A DNA stretch of 64,000 nucleotides from Camelus ferus. Lineage: Eukaryota. Below, piece after piece: positions 12,388-25,390 of the stretch. Position numbers and translations under genes: made by a program. Where the stretch lies: the NCBI RefSeq assembly GCF_009834535.1, contig NC_045696.1, positions 25,670,001-25,734,000 of the forward strand. Direction: 5' to 3'. The notes under the pieces are model-generated. The model was not told the DNA's origin, did no database searches, and saw nothing but the letters and a program-made list of their open reading frames with translations. Numbering within the stretch: position 1 is the stretch's first letter; each line of letters begins with the position of its first letter.

Positions 12388-12707
12388 TATCACCATCCAA
12401 ATACTCTATAGCCCTTTCACTTAAAGTTTCACTTAAAGTTACCTCTGGCTAACTTTAAAATGAGGAAATTCTCTACCGTTGCCTTTAAATTTAAATATTA
12501 CATTATATGCTGTCTGTTTCTCCCTGTACTAGACTAGATGTCATTGTGTAATTGTGTAATTATTCAGTAATAAGGTGAAGTAATATTGCATTGTCACTTC
12601 TTCTTACCTAAAGGAGTATTCTTAAGAGATTTACAGAAATGCAAATCCCAATGACCTTCTGAAAATGCAAACACTATCTTGTTACAGTTGTGACTGTAAA
12701 ATGCAAT

Positions 12708-12930
12708 GAGCAGAGCGTGGTGAGAAGAACACAGTAGCTAGAATATAGTCTGAGTTGAGAACTTGGGCCAATTTACTTTCTTTAACCCTCCATTTCCTCT
12801 TCTATAAATTGAGGATAATGACATTTTCTGAATGATGGTTGTGAGAGTAGAGGCATTGTATATTAAGTGTTCAGAACTGTGCCTGGTGCATAACCGGTGT
12901 AGAAAACATGGTAACAACTATAATTATTGT
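12708..12930 (+). mobile_element. MIR SINE
   Basis: 'cttgggccaatttactt...tttcctcttctataaattgaggataatg...ggttgtgag...agaactgtgcctggtgcata'. Confidence 0.75.
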
Positions 12931-14089
12931 TTTTATTGGATAATATAACTGGACACTTACGGGTATCAATGAAGTAAAACAGTTTGTTTCATCTTCAGGA
13001 GAAAATTCTCCAAATCACGTAGTTGGGTAGAGTTCAGTGCAAGTTGAACTTCATAATATGATTGACTCTATTTGATTTCAGAGATTAGTATCCAGTTTAG
13101 GTGTTTAAAAAAATATGAATTTTAAGCACTTAAACAATTAGAACTAATGATGGGGAAAAAAAAACCTTCAATTTTCCTTTAAAGTGATTTTATGTAATTA
13201 TTTTTGCTTATGATGAATTTGAGCAAATTTAAAATGAACAATACATTGGAAGAATCAGATTGCACAATGAATTTTAAAAAAAGATCTTTGATTTGTCAAG
13301 TAACAAACTTACGTCCTCAACAATAGAAAAAAACCCAATATCTTAAGAAAGAACTGTTCATTTAGTAAAATATATAATTCAGTATACCTTTTGTAAGTCA
13401 AATATTTATCTAATAGAATAAAGCAATTATATGTTCTTTAATTACGTTTGTCCTTTCTCTGCAACAAAAACTCCAACTTTTATTTGTTCTTTTAACATGA
13501 GCAAGCTGTTTTGAGAGGCAAATTATGTTGAAAATATGTTCCAGATATACATGGGTGCTCAGTACAAGTATTTCTCTGGACTTTAACATTCTCAATATCC
13601 TGTTTTTTATGCCTCTTACGTTAGAGCACACAGTTGTTTTTGGAGGTTGTACTGGGCTTAAATGGCCAAATGTTCTGCATTGAAGAGAAAGAGATGCAAA
13701 GTGTTCCCAGAGTCACCTACAGCACCATCCTATTTTCATTCATATTTCAATAATGACAAAGTGTTGTTTGTCCCCAACCTAGCTCCCTCATATATTTTTA
13801 AATTGCGTTGTTCCTGATGCCTGTTTTAAATCCTGATGTAACAAGGTAAGATGATTTGATAAATTAATTAAACTGAGTACATTCACTATTCTAAGGTAGT
13901 TAGCATTTACACAGCAGTGAACTATCCTAGTCTTTCTTAAACAAAGGCAGTAACATGTAAGAATTATCCTCCTTCAAAGACAATTGAAAATGCAATCTTT
14001 AATGCATGAATTTCTTAACATCAATTATACACTAAAAGGTTTTGTCATACCTGTTGATTTTAAGTTATTACAAAGTAGACAAGTTGAAA

Positions 14090-14272
14090 GCATTTGTCTA
14101 ATGATGCCAACTACTCATTCTGTCTACTTCACAGAGATGTTGTGAGACTCAAAGTGAAATAATATGTGCAAAATTACTTTCTATGATAAAGTGATATATG
14201 TAAAGCTTATTCACTCAATTAATATTAATATTGAATGTCTACCACGTGCCAGCCACTGTCTTAGTCACTTAA
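14090..14272. mobile_element. MIR 3' fragment (+) followed by L2 tail (-)
   Basis: 'ctacttcacagagatgttgtgaga...aataatatgtgcaaa', then 'tattgaatgtctaccacgtgccagccactgt'. Confidence 0.6.
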
Positions 14273-14570
14273 TAGCAGTCTAAAGCTACTTCTAACTGTC
14301 CATTAATTCATATTCAAATGTATATTGATCGATCAACCGATCGATCGATATAGATATAAGTAGCAATTTTATTTATGAATTGCTACCCCTTCTTGATTAC
14401 TTATTTGACCCCTTCTGTTTGAATTTTTTCTAATCCTTATTCCTTTATGTGTTTTCCTCCTGTTCAAGATTTGATTCATGCTCTTGCAACCAACTCATGA
14501 AAACAAATGCAAAGATCTATAATACAGCTTTCAAGGTTATCCTAAGCCTACAGCATCCTTTCCCCACAAT

Positions 14571-14724
14571 CTGTGCTTCCCAAATTTTAATGTCCATGAT
14601 AATCACCTGAGAATCTGATTAAAAGGTGGATTCTGATTCAGTGGGACGTGAGAGTCTGCATTTCTCACAAGCTCCCATCTGATGCACATGTTTCTGCTCT
14701 AAAGAACACACTTTGGGGAGCAAG
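14571..14724. mobile_element. MER5A/MER5B hAT-Charlie MITE
   Basis: 'tcccaaatttta...aatcacctgagaatctgattaaaa...gattctgattcagtggg...tgagagtctgcatttctcacaagctccc...gatgc...cacactttg'. Confidence 0.85.
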
Positions 14725-15376
14725 TTTCCATTGTACTGAGCCTGAGGAGTGAAGTCCCACTTGGCTTGTGGAATTATTTTCCTGCATCCCATTTATTTTT
14801 AGCAGACCTTCTTATAAATAATTAAGTCTTTGAGCTGTAAAAAACATCCTGTATATTTATCCTGCTTTAACACATTCCATGTGCAGAAAATTTTAACCAC
14901 AAAGGATCTGTGCTTTATACCTGATCTAAGGAACTCTCACTCACTTTAATTAGCCAGCTCACATGCATTAAAAATCACAGGAGCCAGGTGACGTGAGCGC
15001 CATGTGTTTTATCCCTGGAGAATTAAAATGTAGAATCCATTCTCCCTGTTGCTTGCTCCGTCTTGATTACTATATGTAATGCAAATACTGGACGATTCCA
15101 ACATAACCCAACACATGCCATGACAAAGTTAAATTAAGTCAACACCTGATTTCAATCTAGTTCCATTTATGTTAGGCTTTGTGTTAAGCATCCATGGTTT
15201 ATTTCTGTATGCTTCCTCTCTGTACAAAATTCTATTCGTAACTTTATGCACTTTTGGCTACTTTGAAATGTTTTTAACTGCACTGTTTCCACTGTTTAAA
15301 AGTATCACCACAGAAATGTTATAGTACTAACTTCTGCTTTTCAATTGCGTTACATCATTCATAATCAATGACCATA

Positions 15377-15697
15377 TTTATTTATTCATTTATTTTTAAA
15401 TTGAAGTACAGTCATTACAATGTGTCAATTTCTGCTGTACAGCACAATGGCCCAGTCATCCATATACATACATATATTCATTTTCACATTCCTTTTCATT
15501 AAAGGTTATTATAAGATATTGAACATAGTTCCCTATGCTATACAGAAGAAACTTTTAAAATCCATTTATGTATATAGTGGCTAACATTTGTAAATCTCAA
15601 ACTCCCAAATTTATCCCTTCCTACCCTCTTTCCCTAGTAAGCATAAGATTGTTTACGTCTGCGAGTCTGTTTCTGTTTTGTAGATGAGTTCATAGTG
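15377..15697 (-). mobile_element. Lineage-specific (camelid-like) L1 3' end
   Basis: 'tttttaaattgaagtacagtcattacaatgtgtcaatttctgctgtacagc...aatctcaaactcccaaatttatcccttcc...gagtctgtttctgttttgtagatgagttcat'. Confidence 0.88.
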
Positions 15698-15889
15698 AAG
15701 AACTGTATATATTTATACATAAGTTCCTGACCGTGATAGAAAAGGCTTCAAATTCTGACACAATTTTCCAGACTCATTTTCTTTAATTACATATGTATCT
15801 CATACCATAGCCTTATCAAGTTTAACTCCATGTTTTTTGGGTTTTTTTTTTCTTTTTTGGTTTGGCAGAGCTGTAGATTTTGTTGTTGC

Positions 15890-16022
15890 TTTTTTTTAAT
15901 TCTTATTTTTTTTTATTGAAGTGTTAGTTTTAAGTGTACAGCAAAGCTATTCATTAATACATATATATATATATATCCCTTCAGATTCTTTTCAATTACA
16001 ACTCATACAAGAAATTGAGTAT
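15890..16022 (-). mobile_element. Short L1 3' end fragment
   Basis: T-tail, then 'ttttattgaagtg...gtgtacagcaaag..attca...cagattcttttc...tacaagaaattgagta'. Confidence 0.8.
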
Positions 16023-16129
16023 TGACATTTTGTCTTCTCTAATGTATATGTTTGGAATGTCATGTCTTTTGTCAGGGAGATGTCTGGCCAATTTTCTGGT
16101 CCAGGATTCCTCCAGATGCTCCTCTAACC

Positions 16130-16370
16130 ACAAACCTCTGAAACCATTTCTTTAATGTCCTGTTCAGTAAAGCCCTTCCATAGCCGACTGCATGCATACT
16201 TCTGTTAAAGCAACTTAGCAACATTATTTTCAACTCCATTTTTGCTTTTTGCCTTTCCTAATAGAGCCTGAGGACATTTTTTTTCCTTTGGTAGTTGTAA
16301 TTTCAGTACCTAGGTTTAAGGCCCTCACATAGCAGTACTTGGTTATACTTTGTTGGTTTTTTAATGACTG
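16130..16370 (+). mobile_element. L2 3' fragment
   Basis: 'ttcagtaaagcccttcc...gcaacttagcaac...cctgaggac...tcagtacctag...cacatagcagtactt'. Confidence 0.5.
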
Positions 16371-16549
16371 ATATGTAGCTTAATTTTAAATATTAAGTAT
16401 ATGACACTTTTTTATTTCCAGTGTAGTTCTAACATGCAAACTGTTACACCTGGCTGTCCAGGAAAACAGGGAAATGATAACTTTTCATAACATTTCTCAG
16501 TAGGAGTGAAAGGATACAATACAATATGGCTTGCCAGACTGAACCCAGA

Positions 16550-17105
16550 TTATGCTGTTTTTTTTTTTTTTTAATGGTTGTAAATTCTTGACACTCCTGC
16601 CATTGAGATGTGGGGTTATATATGTCATCTCCCTTTGAATGTGGGCAGAACTGTGAGTACTTCAACCAATAAAGCATGATAGCAGTGATTTCCAAGGCTA
16701 GTTCATGAAAAGACCTTTGGCATCCGCCTGGTTCTCTTGGCACTCTCATTGTGGGGGAAGCCATACACCACTTAAGAAGTGCAACTACCCTGAGACCTTC
16801 ATGTTTAAGAGGCCAATGTGTAGGTGTTCCAGTAGAAAGCCCCCAGGGTGAGCTCGTAGCCAAGAGCTAGCATTACTTGCCAGCCAAGTTATGAGACACC
16901 TCAGAAGTCCAGTTCAGGTAAAATTCAGATGACTACAGCCAACCACAGCTGACATCAGATAACAACTGCATGAGACAGTCCAAGAGCAAATGATCCAGCC
17001 AAACTCTTCTCCAATCCCTTACCCACAAAATGGGGAGCAAAGTAAAATTGTGTTAAGCCACTCAATTTTGAGGTAATTTATTACACAGAAGTAGTAAATA
17101 GAACC
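16550..17105 (+). mobile_element. MLT1G/H-type MaLR solo LTR
   Basis: 'aaattcttgacactcctgccattgagatgtgggg...actaccctgagacc...ttcagatgactacagcc...ttaagccactcaattttgaggtaatttattacacag'. Confidence 0.85.
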
Positions 17106-17360
17106 AATCAGAGTCACAATCAGGATACTGGTCCCAACTCTGTCTGTATGCCTACAGGAAAGTCACTCTTCCTTTTTAGGTCTTAATTTATGTCTTGATA
17201 GCTATCAACAATCATAATATATTTTCAAATACTTTTATCTGCATTATTATATTTCTAAATCACAGGTAAATTGGCTATCATTATTATCCCTTCACCTGTG
17301 GCCTGAAGTCTCAGGGGTAAACTTCTTCCTCATGAGAACTTGAACACAAACCTTACTCCA
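17106..17360. mobile_element. Two MIR fragments, tail to tail
   Basis: 'agagtcaca...ctggtcccaactctg...aagtcact' (+), then 'aggtaaattggctatcattattatccc...ctgaagtctcagggg' (-). Confidence 0.45.
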
Positions 17361-19282
17361 GGTTCTGTTAGCAAAAGGAAACTCTGACCTAGACATTTAC
17401 ATACATCCGTATTTCTAATTCACTTCACACACAAGTGAGAATTACCAGTTCAATGGGTGCTCTCCAAAGTCTGATCTAGCTCTATGAGTCCAAGATTCTG
17501 TAATCTTTTAATAATATTCTAATAATCCTAATAATAATTCCTATTTTAATCTAAGAACTTAGAGTAGGAAGTAACAGTGTAAACATGGAGGCTAGCCGTT
17601 TTTTAACTGGAATGTTCCTGTAAAGGACGAGGAAGAAAATCATGGAAAGGAAACTTGCAGGATGACTTGCTTCAGAAATGAAAAGACAAGCAGTGATTCA
17701 GGACATCACTGAACACAGGTGAGCAAGGCAAAGTGGTGGCATTTTTCCCAGTTGTTATTTTTATAATGACACACATTCCCCAACTTTGGACGATGTGCTT
17801 GCCAAGACTCCTGAACTGTCGTGATTTTGCTGATATCCTCAATGGATATTTTCCTTAAAAACAAAATGGCCGTGGAAGTGCAGTAATTTCTAAATAGTCT
17901 AAGCGCTCATTGGGATAAACGGCTACTAGAACAATGACTAACGATTTACCATAAATCATTGTTATATTTGCCATTGTTCTCTGGTGGGTAATTGAATACT
18001 CTGTAGACATATGTAGGACTAGGGAATGGTAGACTGTGTATCTTGGCTCTAATATCGACCTGCTGAATGACAATAGGAGAGAAACTCAGCCTATGTGGCT
18101 TGAGAAGTGAAAGGATTTCTACAAGGTGAAAATATCATTCACATTTCACACTGTTTATCCAATTTACGAAGAGATTAATGAATCAATACATGGGAAAAGA
18201 AGATGAGCTACATATATAATAAATACAGGAAAATTAATTGTATTAACTGACACTCAAAACAAAAGTGATTAAAGACACCTAAAATAGTTACCATCATTAG
18301 TTTTCTGCTTTCAGTCTATCTTCTTTGTATTAACTCTTATCAATCAACAAGTATGACAAAAACCTTTTAGTTAAGTGATTGAAGTTCAGAATATTCATGC
18401 ATTAAGTATGATGTTTTCAATTACCTTCTAAGAATGGATGACTTTTTTACTTTATTGCTTTTGTTATTTAAAAAAATCCTGAAATATGTTTCTCCTACAT
18501 AAAAACTTAGTAAAATTTGTAGCTTAGTGGCATTAGCCAGTCAAGATCCATAAAAAAATGAGTAAGTGATTAATTTCTCTAATCATACATCTTGTTTTAA
18601 GAATGATTTGCAAAGTAGGCATCACGAACATTGTCGTTTATAATATATGGGTGACATAGATTCGTGAGATTAAAATAGAAATGGAAGGAAATTTTTGTTT
18701 TAAATGACACAAAGAATAAAAATATACTCTCTTTCTTTCCTTTCCATGTACTACTTTGGACTAATTTAGTCCAGAACAACTTCCATAATGAAAAGTGCAT
18801 ACAAAGTTGATTTTTATAAAATACTTCTCAGGGTATAACACTGGTTTTTGTGTGTTTGTTTCTGGGGTTTTTTTTCTGTTGATTTTTCTTTCTGAAGTAA
18901 ATTTTTTATTGTTGTAGTTTTGAAGCAACGTATCATATTGGCATTTATGTATCATGAATGTGAGAGAAGTGTATCACATAGATATTCTAGTCTCCACTTC
19001 AGTTTGTACATATATACATTCATATAAACAGAATGTCATTGAAGTGTTCACATTATCAAATAATAGTAATCAAATATTAATTCTCAGTTGCTATTTTGTG
19101 CACATTAGCTTTTGATGAATGTGGAATGTACATTTTTGGATTTTTCACTGAAGATTGATAGAAGGGACAATATTTTTTGGTAGCAAAGGAAGAAATGTCT
19201 ATACATTGGCACATTAATGTGATATAAAATTTGCTTTTATCTCATTGGAACTGATACTATAGATATTGATGACTTCAAATGG

Positions 19283-19540
19283 CATCCTCCAAAGTGTTCT
19301 GTGAATATCAGTGTATGTTCTACAGTAAAATATAAAGAGCACGTTAATCAAATAAGTTTGAAAATGCTGATAAAATGGTTATGTGTATTTCTCTTTTTTT
19401 AAACTAGAAATGTCAGAAATGTAGCATAGTAATCTGTACTGTGACTTCCTCAGATTGCCCCAAACTTATTTTGTACAGTGCACACTTATTCTCAGAGCCT
19501 TCTGGGGTCAGAGTCTGAAAAGTACAATTTGGAGTAATCT
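19283..19540. mobile_element. Old hAT-Charlie element (MER112/MER113-like)
   Basis: 'ccaaagtgttctgtgaatatcagt...tcaaataagtttgaaaatgctg...ccccaaacttattt'. Confidence 0.4.
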
Positions 19541-20458
19541 GCCCTATGCAACATTTTCTAAAGCAAATTATCTCATTCTTCCATTCTGTCACTAATGAAT
19601 GGACCCCCATCTTTTATTGATGTTTCTAGAGTTCCACTGACTTGTTTCCTTTCTTGATTTAAATCAAGTTGGAAGTTGACTTTTAGTCTTTTCTTTGTTG
19701 TAGAAGTACTTATTAGATGAAAAGTTACCTGAAACGTTAGTATGTTTTGTTGGTGTCAGAGAACTATGTTAGAAAACTCTAGACTATGCAGTATGTAGTA
19801 AAAATCACTTCATGTTTGAGATGAAAGGTTTTTTAAATAAGTAACTTGTTGAGATTTAACATAATCAAAATTTAGTTGAAATTAATAATTGTGTTAAATT
19901 ACAGGCTAGTTTAGTTAACGAAATCATATGCTATAAAATCTAGGTAGATATTTTAAATAATTTATTTTCCTTTTTTAAAAGCATCTGTGAAATGATATTT
20001 TAAGTGTTTAGCAACATACCCACACTCACACACACATATACACACACACACCCATGGATAAAGTCATTTCTCATGGCTAAATAAATCTATATGTCTTGAT
20101 CAGATTAAGGAAATTTTCTATATAGTAACCCTTTATGGACTTGAAGATAGTTAAATAAAAATACAACTTGTTAATTTGAATCTTCAGCTTATTCTTCAGA
20201 ACTCTGTAGATTAAGAAGAAGAATATCAGCAAAAACATATTTAAGTTAAAAGCACATCATGGAGTTTTTTTCCCCCTAAATGTGACTTTCCACCATGGCC
20301 ATACAGACTCAGCAAAACTCATAGCAACATTCCACAACCAAAAATCAAAGTTTTGTTGGCTTGTCCAATTATTCATCTTGGTTTTGGTATACATGACTCT
20401 CAAAATATAGCTAGATCTAATGAAACCCCATGAAATGTAAGTGAAAAACCATCATGTG

Positions 20459-20615
20459 GAGCAATTCTCCCCATTTAATACGCATTCGAATCATTTGGGA
20501 ATCTTGTCAAAATTAAGATCCTGATTCAGTGGGTCTGGAGTAGGGCCTGAAAGTCTTCATTTCTAACTAATGCCCAGATGATGGTGATGATGATCTGGTT
20601 GGTGGGCTGAACAAC
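20459..20615. mobile_element. MER5A hAT-Charlie MITE
   Basis: 'gaatcatttgggaatcttgtcaaaatt...ctgattcagtgggtctggagtagggcctgaaagtcttcatttctaac...cccagatgatg'. Confidence 0.85.
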
Positions 20616-22317
20616 TCAGAGCTCTATCTGTAATGTACACTGACCTATTCTGTAAATAGGATGTATCATTTATTGTTTACAGTGATTTATTGTTCGCCTG
20701 TAAATCATGAGTCAGAACAAAGGCCAAAATGAAACTACAGTGGGAAACAAAAAGACAATGGTCATTTTTTTCGTTAATTGGCAATCATTTATTGTTATAT
20801 TTGAAATACACTTTTAATATTTGCTTTGTGTTCTTCAAACTGTAGTCTTCACAGTGAGCTACCCATGTTTGATTCCTTTGTTGTCTCTTACCATGTGGTT
20901 CAGGCCCTGCTAAAATTCACCCGATTTTCCAGTGTACAGCCAAGTAGGTAAATTACTCTCCCCTGCTATCCATTGCAGGGACATTGTCTTTTATTTAAAG
21001 TAATTTGGCTTCAGAAAAGGTCTTTATGGTAACTTACCATGTCCACTCATCTCTTTCATGGTTTAGTTTAGTTTATTGTCTAGATGCTCTGTCCACTCCT
21101 ACCATCTCTCTTAAGGACCACTTTCCATTTTTTAAATAAATACTAGAAGATTCCAAGGAAGACAATTGCCATTTGAAATATATATATATATATGTCAATT
21201 TTCTATTTTATTCACAACTAATTTTAGTAAGATACTATTATCTGATATTATTTTCCAATTATAGCAGTTTTAAAACATGATCACGCCATGTTTTATTTCG
21301 TTCCTTCTGATTGACTGTTATTCCAAAAAAAACCTAAAAACCTAATTCTAGATTGAAATATTCGCAGACTTTGTCAGTTCACAAGGCTTTACTTAGTAGA
21401 TGTAAAATTCAAACAGCTTGAGAGTACAGACTATGGTTAAATTGTAAGTCCGCTTGCCTAACTTTGTGCTCGTAATTTCTCTCTTCCTCACTCCCTCTTT
21501 TTCTCTGCATCATTTCTCACTTGAAATATTCTATTTATCTAATGTACAGATGGAAAATACAGCCTCTCATCGTAGTGTTGCCCCTTTTTTCTAGATGATG
21601 ATGATTAATCAATTACGAATTTATGAAAAAGAAACACCTGGCACACTTCCATAAACAAATAGGTTTCCTGTGGTTTTCAGAACAGCTGAGGGTATTTCAG
21701 AGGGTCGGGGGCCTCCATGAGTAACGTGAGTAATGCTCTCTTCACAGTTTGACTTCTCCCCACGCCTGGTTCTCATAAATATGCACCCTTACACCCAATA
21801 TACAAGAATTTATTTATTTATATTGCAGGCACATGTTGCGAAGGCTTCAGAGGAACAAAGAATGTAAGGGAGAGAGCAGAAGGATTAACTTTAAAACACA
21901 TGGGTATTGGCAAATTAATATTTCTAAAACTATTCTTTTTTTCAAATAACCATAAGTCTGAATCAAAGAAAATAGACACTCTATGAGTAAAATATACAGC
22001 GCGATGCCTCCCACTCAGGTGATTTTTTTCTTACAAGTTAATGGCAGCAATCAGTGTTGGACACAGGGCACCAATAAAAAAGATGTATGTTCCTGTACCT
22101 CCTTCAGCTGCTCTTCCAAACCTACTTTCTTGCCCTTGACTCCACAACTGAAAATTCTTTTGGTATGTTTTCACATACAGAGTGGCAAATATTAAATTTA
22201 TGATACTGTGATAATTTCTTCCTTTTGATACCTCCTGTATATTTGTACCTCTCTTGCCTTAAATGCAAATTTATTGTAAAAGGTAGGGTCCAAGAGCATT
22301 GCTACCCAGTCCTCTAA

Positions 22318-22614
22318 AGCTGTGTGTTCAGTAGAGTAGCTATTGATCACATTTCCGAATTGAGATGTGCTGTTAGTGAAAACATAACCAGATTTTAAAG
22401 AGTTAGGATACATGAAAGACTGGAAAATATGTTGTTAATAATTTTTTAGATTGATTACATGTTGAAATGATAATATTTTGGATATATTGGGTTAAATAAG
22501 CTATATTGTTAACATTAATTTCACCTGCTCCTTTTTGATATTTTTAATATAGTTACTAGGAAATTTAAAACTACGTATGTGGCACTCACATGCTATTTTT
22601 CTTGGACAGTACTG
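22318..22614. mobile_element. MER33 hAT-Charlie element
   Basis: 'ccgaattgagatgtgctgt...ttgattacatgttgaaatgataatattttggatatattgggttaaataa...attaatttcacctg...actaggaaatttaaaa...ttggacagtactg'. Confidence 0.88.
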
Positions 22615-22802
22615 ACATAAGGTATTTGTTTATCGTTTCTGTTATTCTGCAATGCACAATATTGTTTTCTCCTTTTGATAATGCCATTTCCAATTAGTCT
22701 GAATCCTAAAAACAAACTCAAACACGGAACCTAAAGAATCCTCACAATAAAGACCATTTCCCCCAGATCATATATGTAAGTCAAAATCAAAGTTAATAAC
22801 TA

Positions 22803-23048
22803 TTTTTTAAATTTATTTTTTCCATTTTTTATTGAAATACAGTCAGTTTACAATGTGTCAGTTTCTGGTGTACAGCATAATATTTCAGTCATATACATAT
22901 ACATACATACTTATATTCCTTTTTTATATTCTTTTTCCTTATAGATTGCTGTAACATATTGAATATAGTCCCCTGTGCCATATAGTTTAAACTTGTTGTT
23001 TATCTATTTTATATATAGTAGTTAGTATCTGCAAATCTTGAACTCCCA
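22803..23048 (-). mobile_element. Lineage-specific (camelid-like) L1 3' end
   Basis: Same family as 15377-15697: 'tttttattgaaatacagtcagtttacaatgtgtcagtttctggtgtacagc...tatctgcaaatcttgaactccca'. Confidence 0.88.
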
Positions 23049-24599
23049 AAGTATTTAAGTATCACAAAGTATTTGATTTTTCATTCTTGGCTAAACAATA
23101 ATCAACAACATTGTACAAAATGACTATGCTTTTTATAATTTAAAAAAAATTGAAAATAAGTTTAAAATTGAGAGGGAGAGTACTATAGAAAATTTTTAAA
23201 AATACTAATTTGCTATTTTTGAAACAAGGGATTTTCTTATTTATTTTACAGCTAAGAATTTTCTCATTTCTTATAAAATGCTTAACATAATATCAATTTT
23301 TACTCTCTACTTTGAAAAATATTGTAATCCTGTTTTTGAAATTACAGTATGGAAATGTTAAAGATAGTAACAAACATGTATTGACACCAGCATATTTATA
23401 CATGCCTTAACCACAGAAGAATGAAGAACTTAGTTCTAACATTTTCTAGTAAACAACATAAATCAGCATAAGGCATATATTTGCTGTGGGCCCTCTTCAG
23501 GGGTGTAGAGTGATTGAGACAGCAGAACTGCCTCATATGATGTGAGCTTTGTTTATAAGGCAGTCTTACTCCATAATTTCAGATTATATTTTTAGGAGTT
23601 CTTTGTGTTTGTATTGTTCTCCAGAATCTGTAATAGTCATATCTAAGGAGGTGCATTCACAAGGGCAGGGTGCTTTCTCATGATTATTTTTATATTAGTC
23701 ACTAAGCAATTATTAAGAATAAGAAAAAAATATGTATCTGTATATACACATAAGCATACACACATATATTTTTGAAAACACCTATTAGGTAAATTTTTCC
23801 ATTATTAGAGTAGTTCCCCCACCCCTCATCATATCTTGTAATTTTTAAGTTATCTTTGGGGATCCAAGTTAAAAAAGTAGATCTTGATTTTTCTATACTT
23901 TAATTTTTGTTACGATTTATCTTAAGTTTACTTTGTTATTGGTGGACTGTTGAGTTAGCAGAGAAGTGAGGTGAACACAGAGTGGTCAATGCATTACAAT
24001 TTACTACCTTTTAAGGGATGCTATAATCATCATGTCATGGTAATTTGCCAGAGTGGACTGACTCATGTGATGATTTGTACCAGTTCCAGAGGATTCAATT
24101 GGTTTCCATTTTTGTTAGTGGGAATCTTATGTCTTTAACAGTCAATGATTTATACTTACATCAACAACTGACTCAAAGAAATTTGAATGAATACAGTAAT
24201 GGGATGAGGCTGAAATTTCTCTGTGTGCACACTCTGTTTCATAATAGTTCTAAAATCTTTGGTATAGACAAATTCTGAAGGACTCATGATTAGAGCCTGC
24301 AATTCTAATAAAAATCATAATAAATACTATAATCATTGAAAATTAAGTCAAAAACTTTTCAAAGAAAATATACATGTGAGAAGCCACACATATACTTTTA
24401 AAATGTGCATTGTTTTCATGAAATGAGAAATGAAATCTGATAAATGAAATGTCATGGTCAAATCCTTTTAATCAATAATAAAAATGCAACATTGTTCATA
24501 CTGTGGTTATATCTGTCTTGAAGGTTTCTTTTATTGTGAAGCAAGCTTTTCTTCTTTCCTTTTAAGATGGTAAGTCTGATCATATTATTAAACTATTAC

Positions 24600-24608
24600 A
24601 TTTCTTTT

Positions 24609-24641
<33 letters not shown>

Positions 24642-24649
24642 TTTTTTTT
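24600..24649. repeat. Poly-T/pyrimidine tract
   Basis: Read directly. Confidence 0.9.
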
Positions 24650-25219
24650 GAAATTGTGATTTCATGAATGACCTTGTTCTTGGGAACTTCCAAGACTAGG
24701 TCAATCAACTATATTTGACAGATATATTTTATTCCTTCCTCACATATATTAGCTTTTATCTGAACTTAATGATGAGATTTCCGTATGTATATTCCTTAGC
24801 ATTCTACTTTGGTTTTTACTGCCTTTTCATTAACATATGCCACTCTTGAGTCATTATTTGGACCTTATTATCTGTGAAGGTCTTCAAATTTGAGGATATT
24901 TTTCAAGATTAAATTTTTAATCCTATAACACAATGAAATTTCATCTTTGAAGTAAACATTGCTATATAAAATGCACATACCCATATATCTGTATCTGTCT
25001 ATCTATCTATAGAGAGACTCATGTTCTTGTATGTATTTTATGTATAGTCTTAGTTGGATATTTTTAGAGTATTGAGACCAGATTTAGATTCTATGATTAA
25101 ATAGAGATCTTAAGAGCAATCAAAAAAGAATAGGGGAAGAAGCTTGTAAAATAACCCTGGGCAGAATACAAAGATACTGAATTTATTTTGTCTTAAATCA
25201 AAGATGGGGATCACAATAA

Positions 25220-25390
25220 CATGAGTAATGAATTACCAATTAAGGCATTGAAGCTGTGAATTTTTTCCCATTGGACATTTTTAATGGAAAGTTTGAACAA
25301 ATATTGATTGCTTTCTAGGCTGGTACAGAGGTGCTCCTTTTTGAGACACGTGGCTGATGTAGTTGTTCTTTCCGTGGGACTTCAAGACAT
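25220..25390 (+). mobile_element. Possible L3/CR1 3' end
   Basis: 'gaattacc...gctgtgaattttttcccattggacattttta...' loosely resembles the L3 tail. Confidence 0.3.

Noticed and set aside
14940..15140. Octamer ATGCAAAT (15079) with nearby TGACGT and E-box as an enhancer
   Set aside because: ATGCAAAT also occurs several other times in this AT-rich window and there is no adjacent SOX half-site.
16444..16863. Longest ORF (139 aa, minus)
   Set aside because: Antisense read through an MLT1 LTR and a poly-T tract.
24045..24278. 77-aa ORF with nearby splice-like signals and two TGACTCA sites
   Set aside because: No coherent acceptor-donor pair with a recognisable peptide on either strand.
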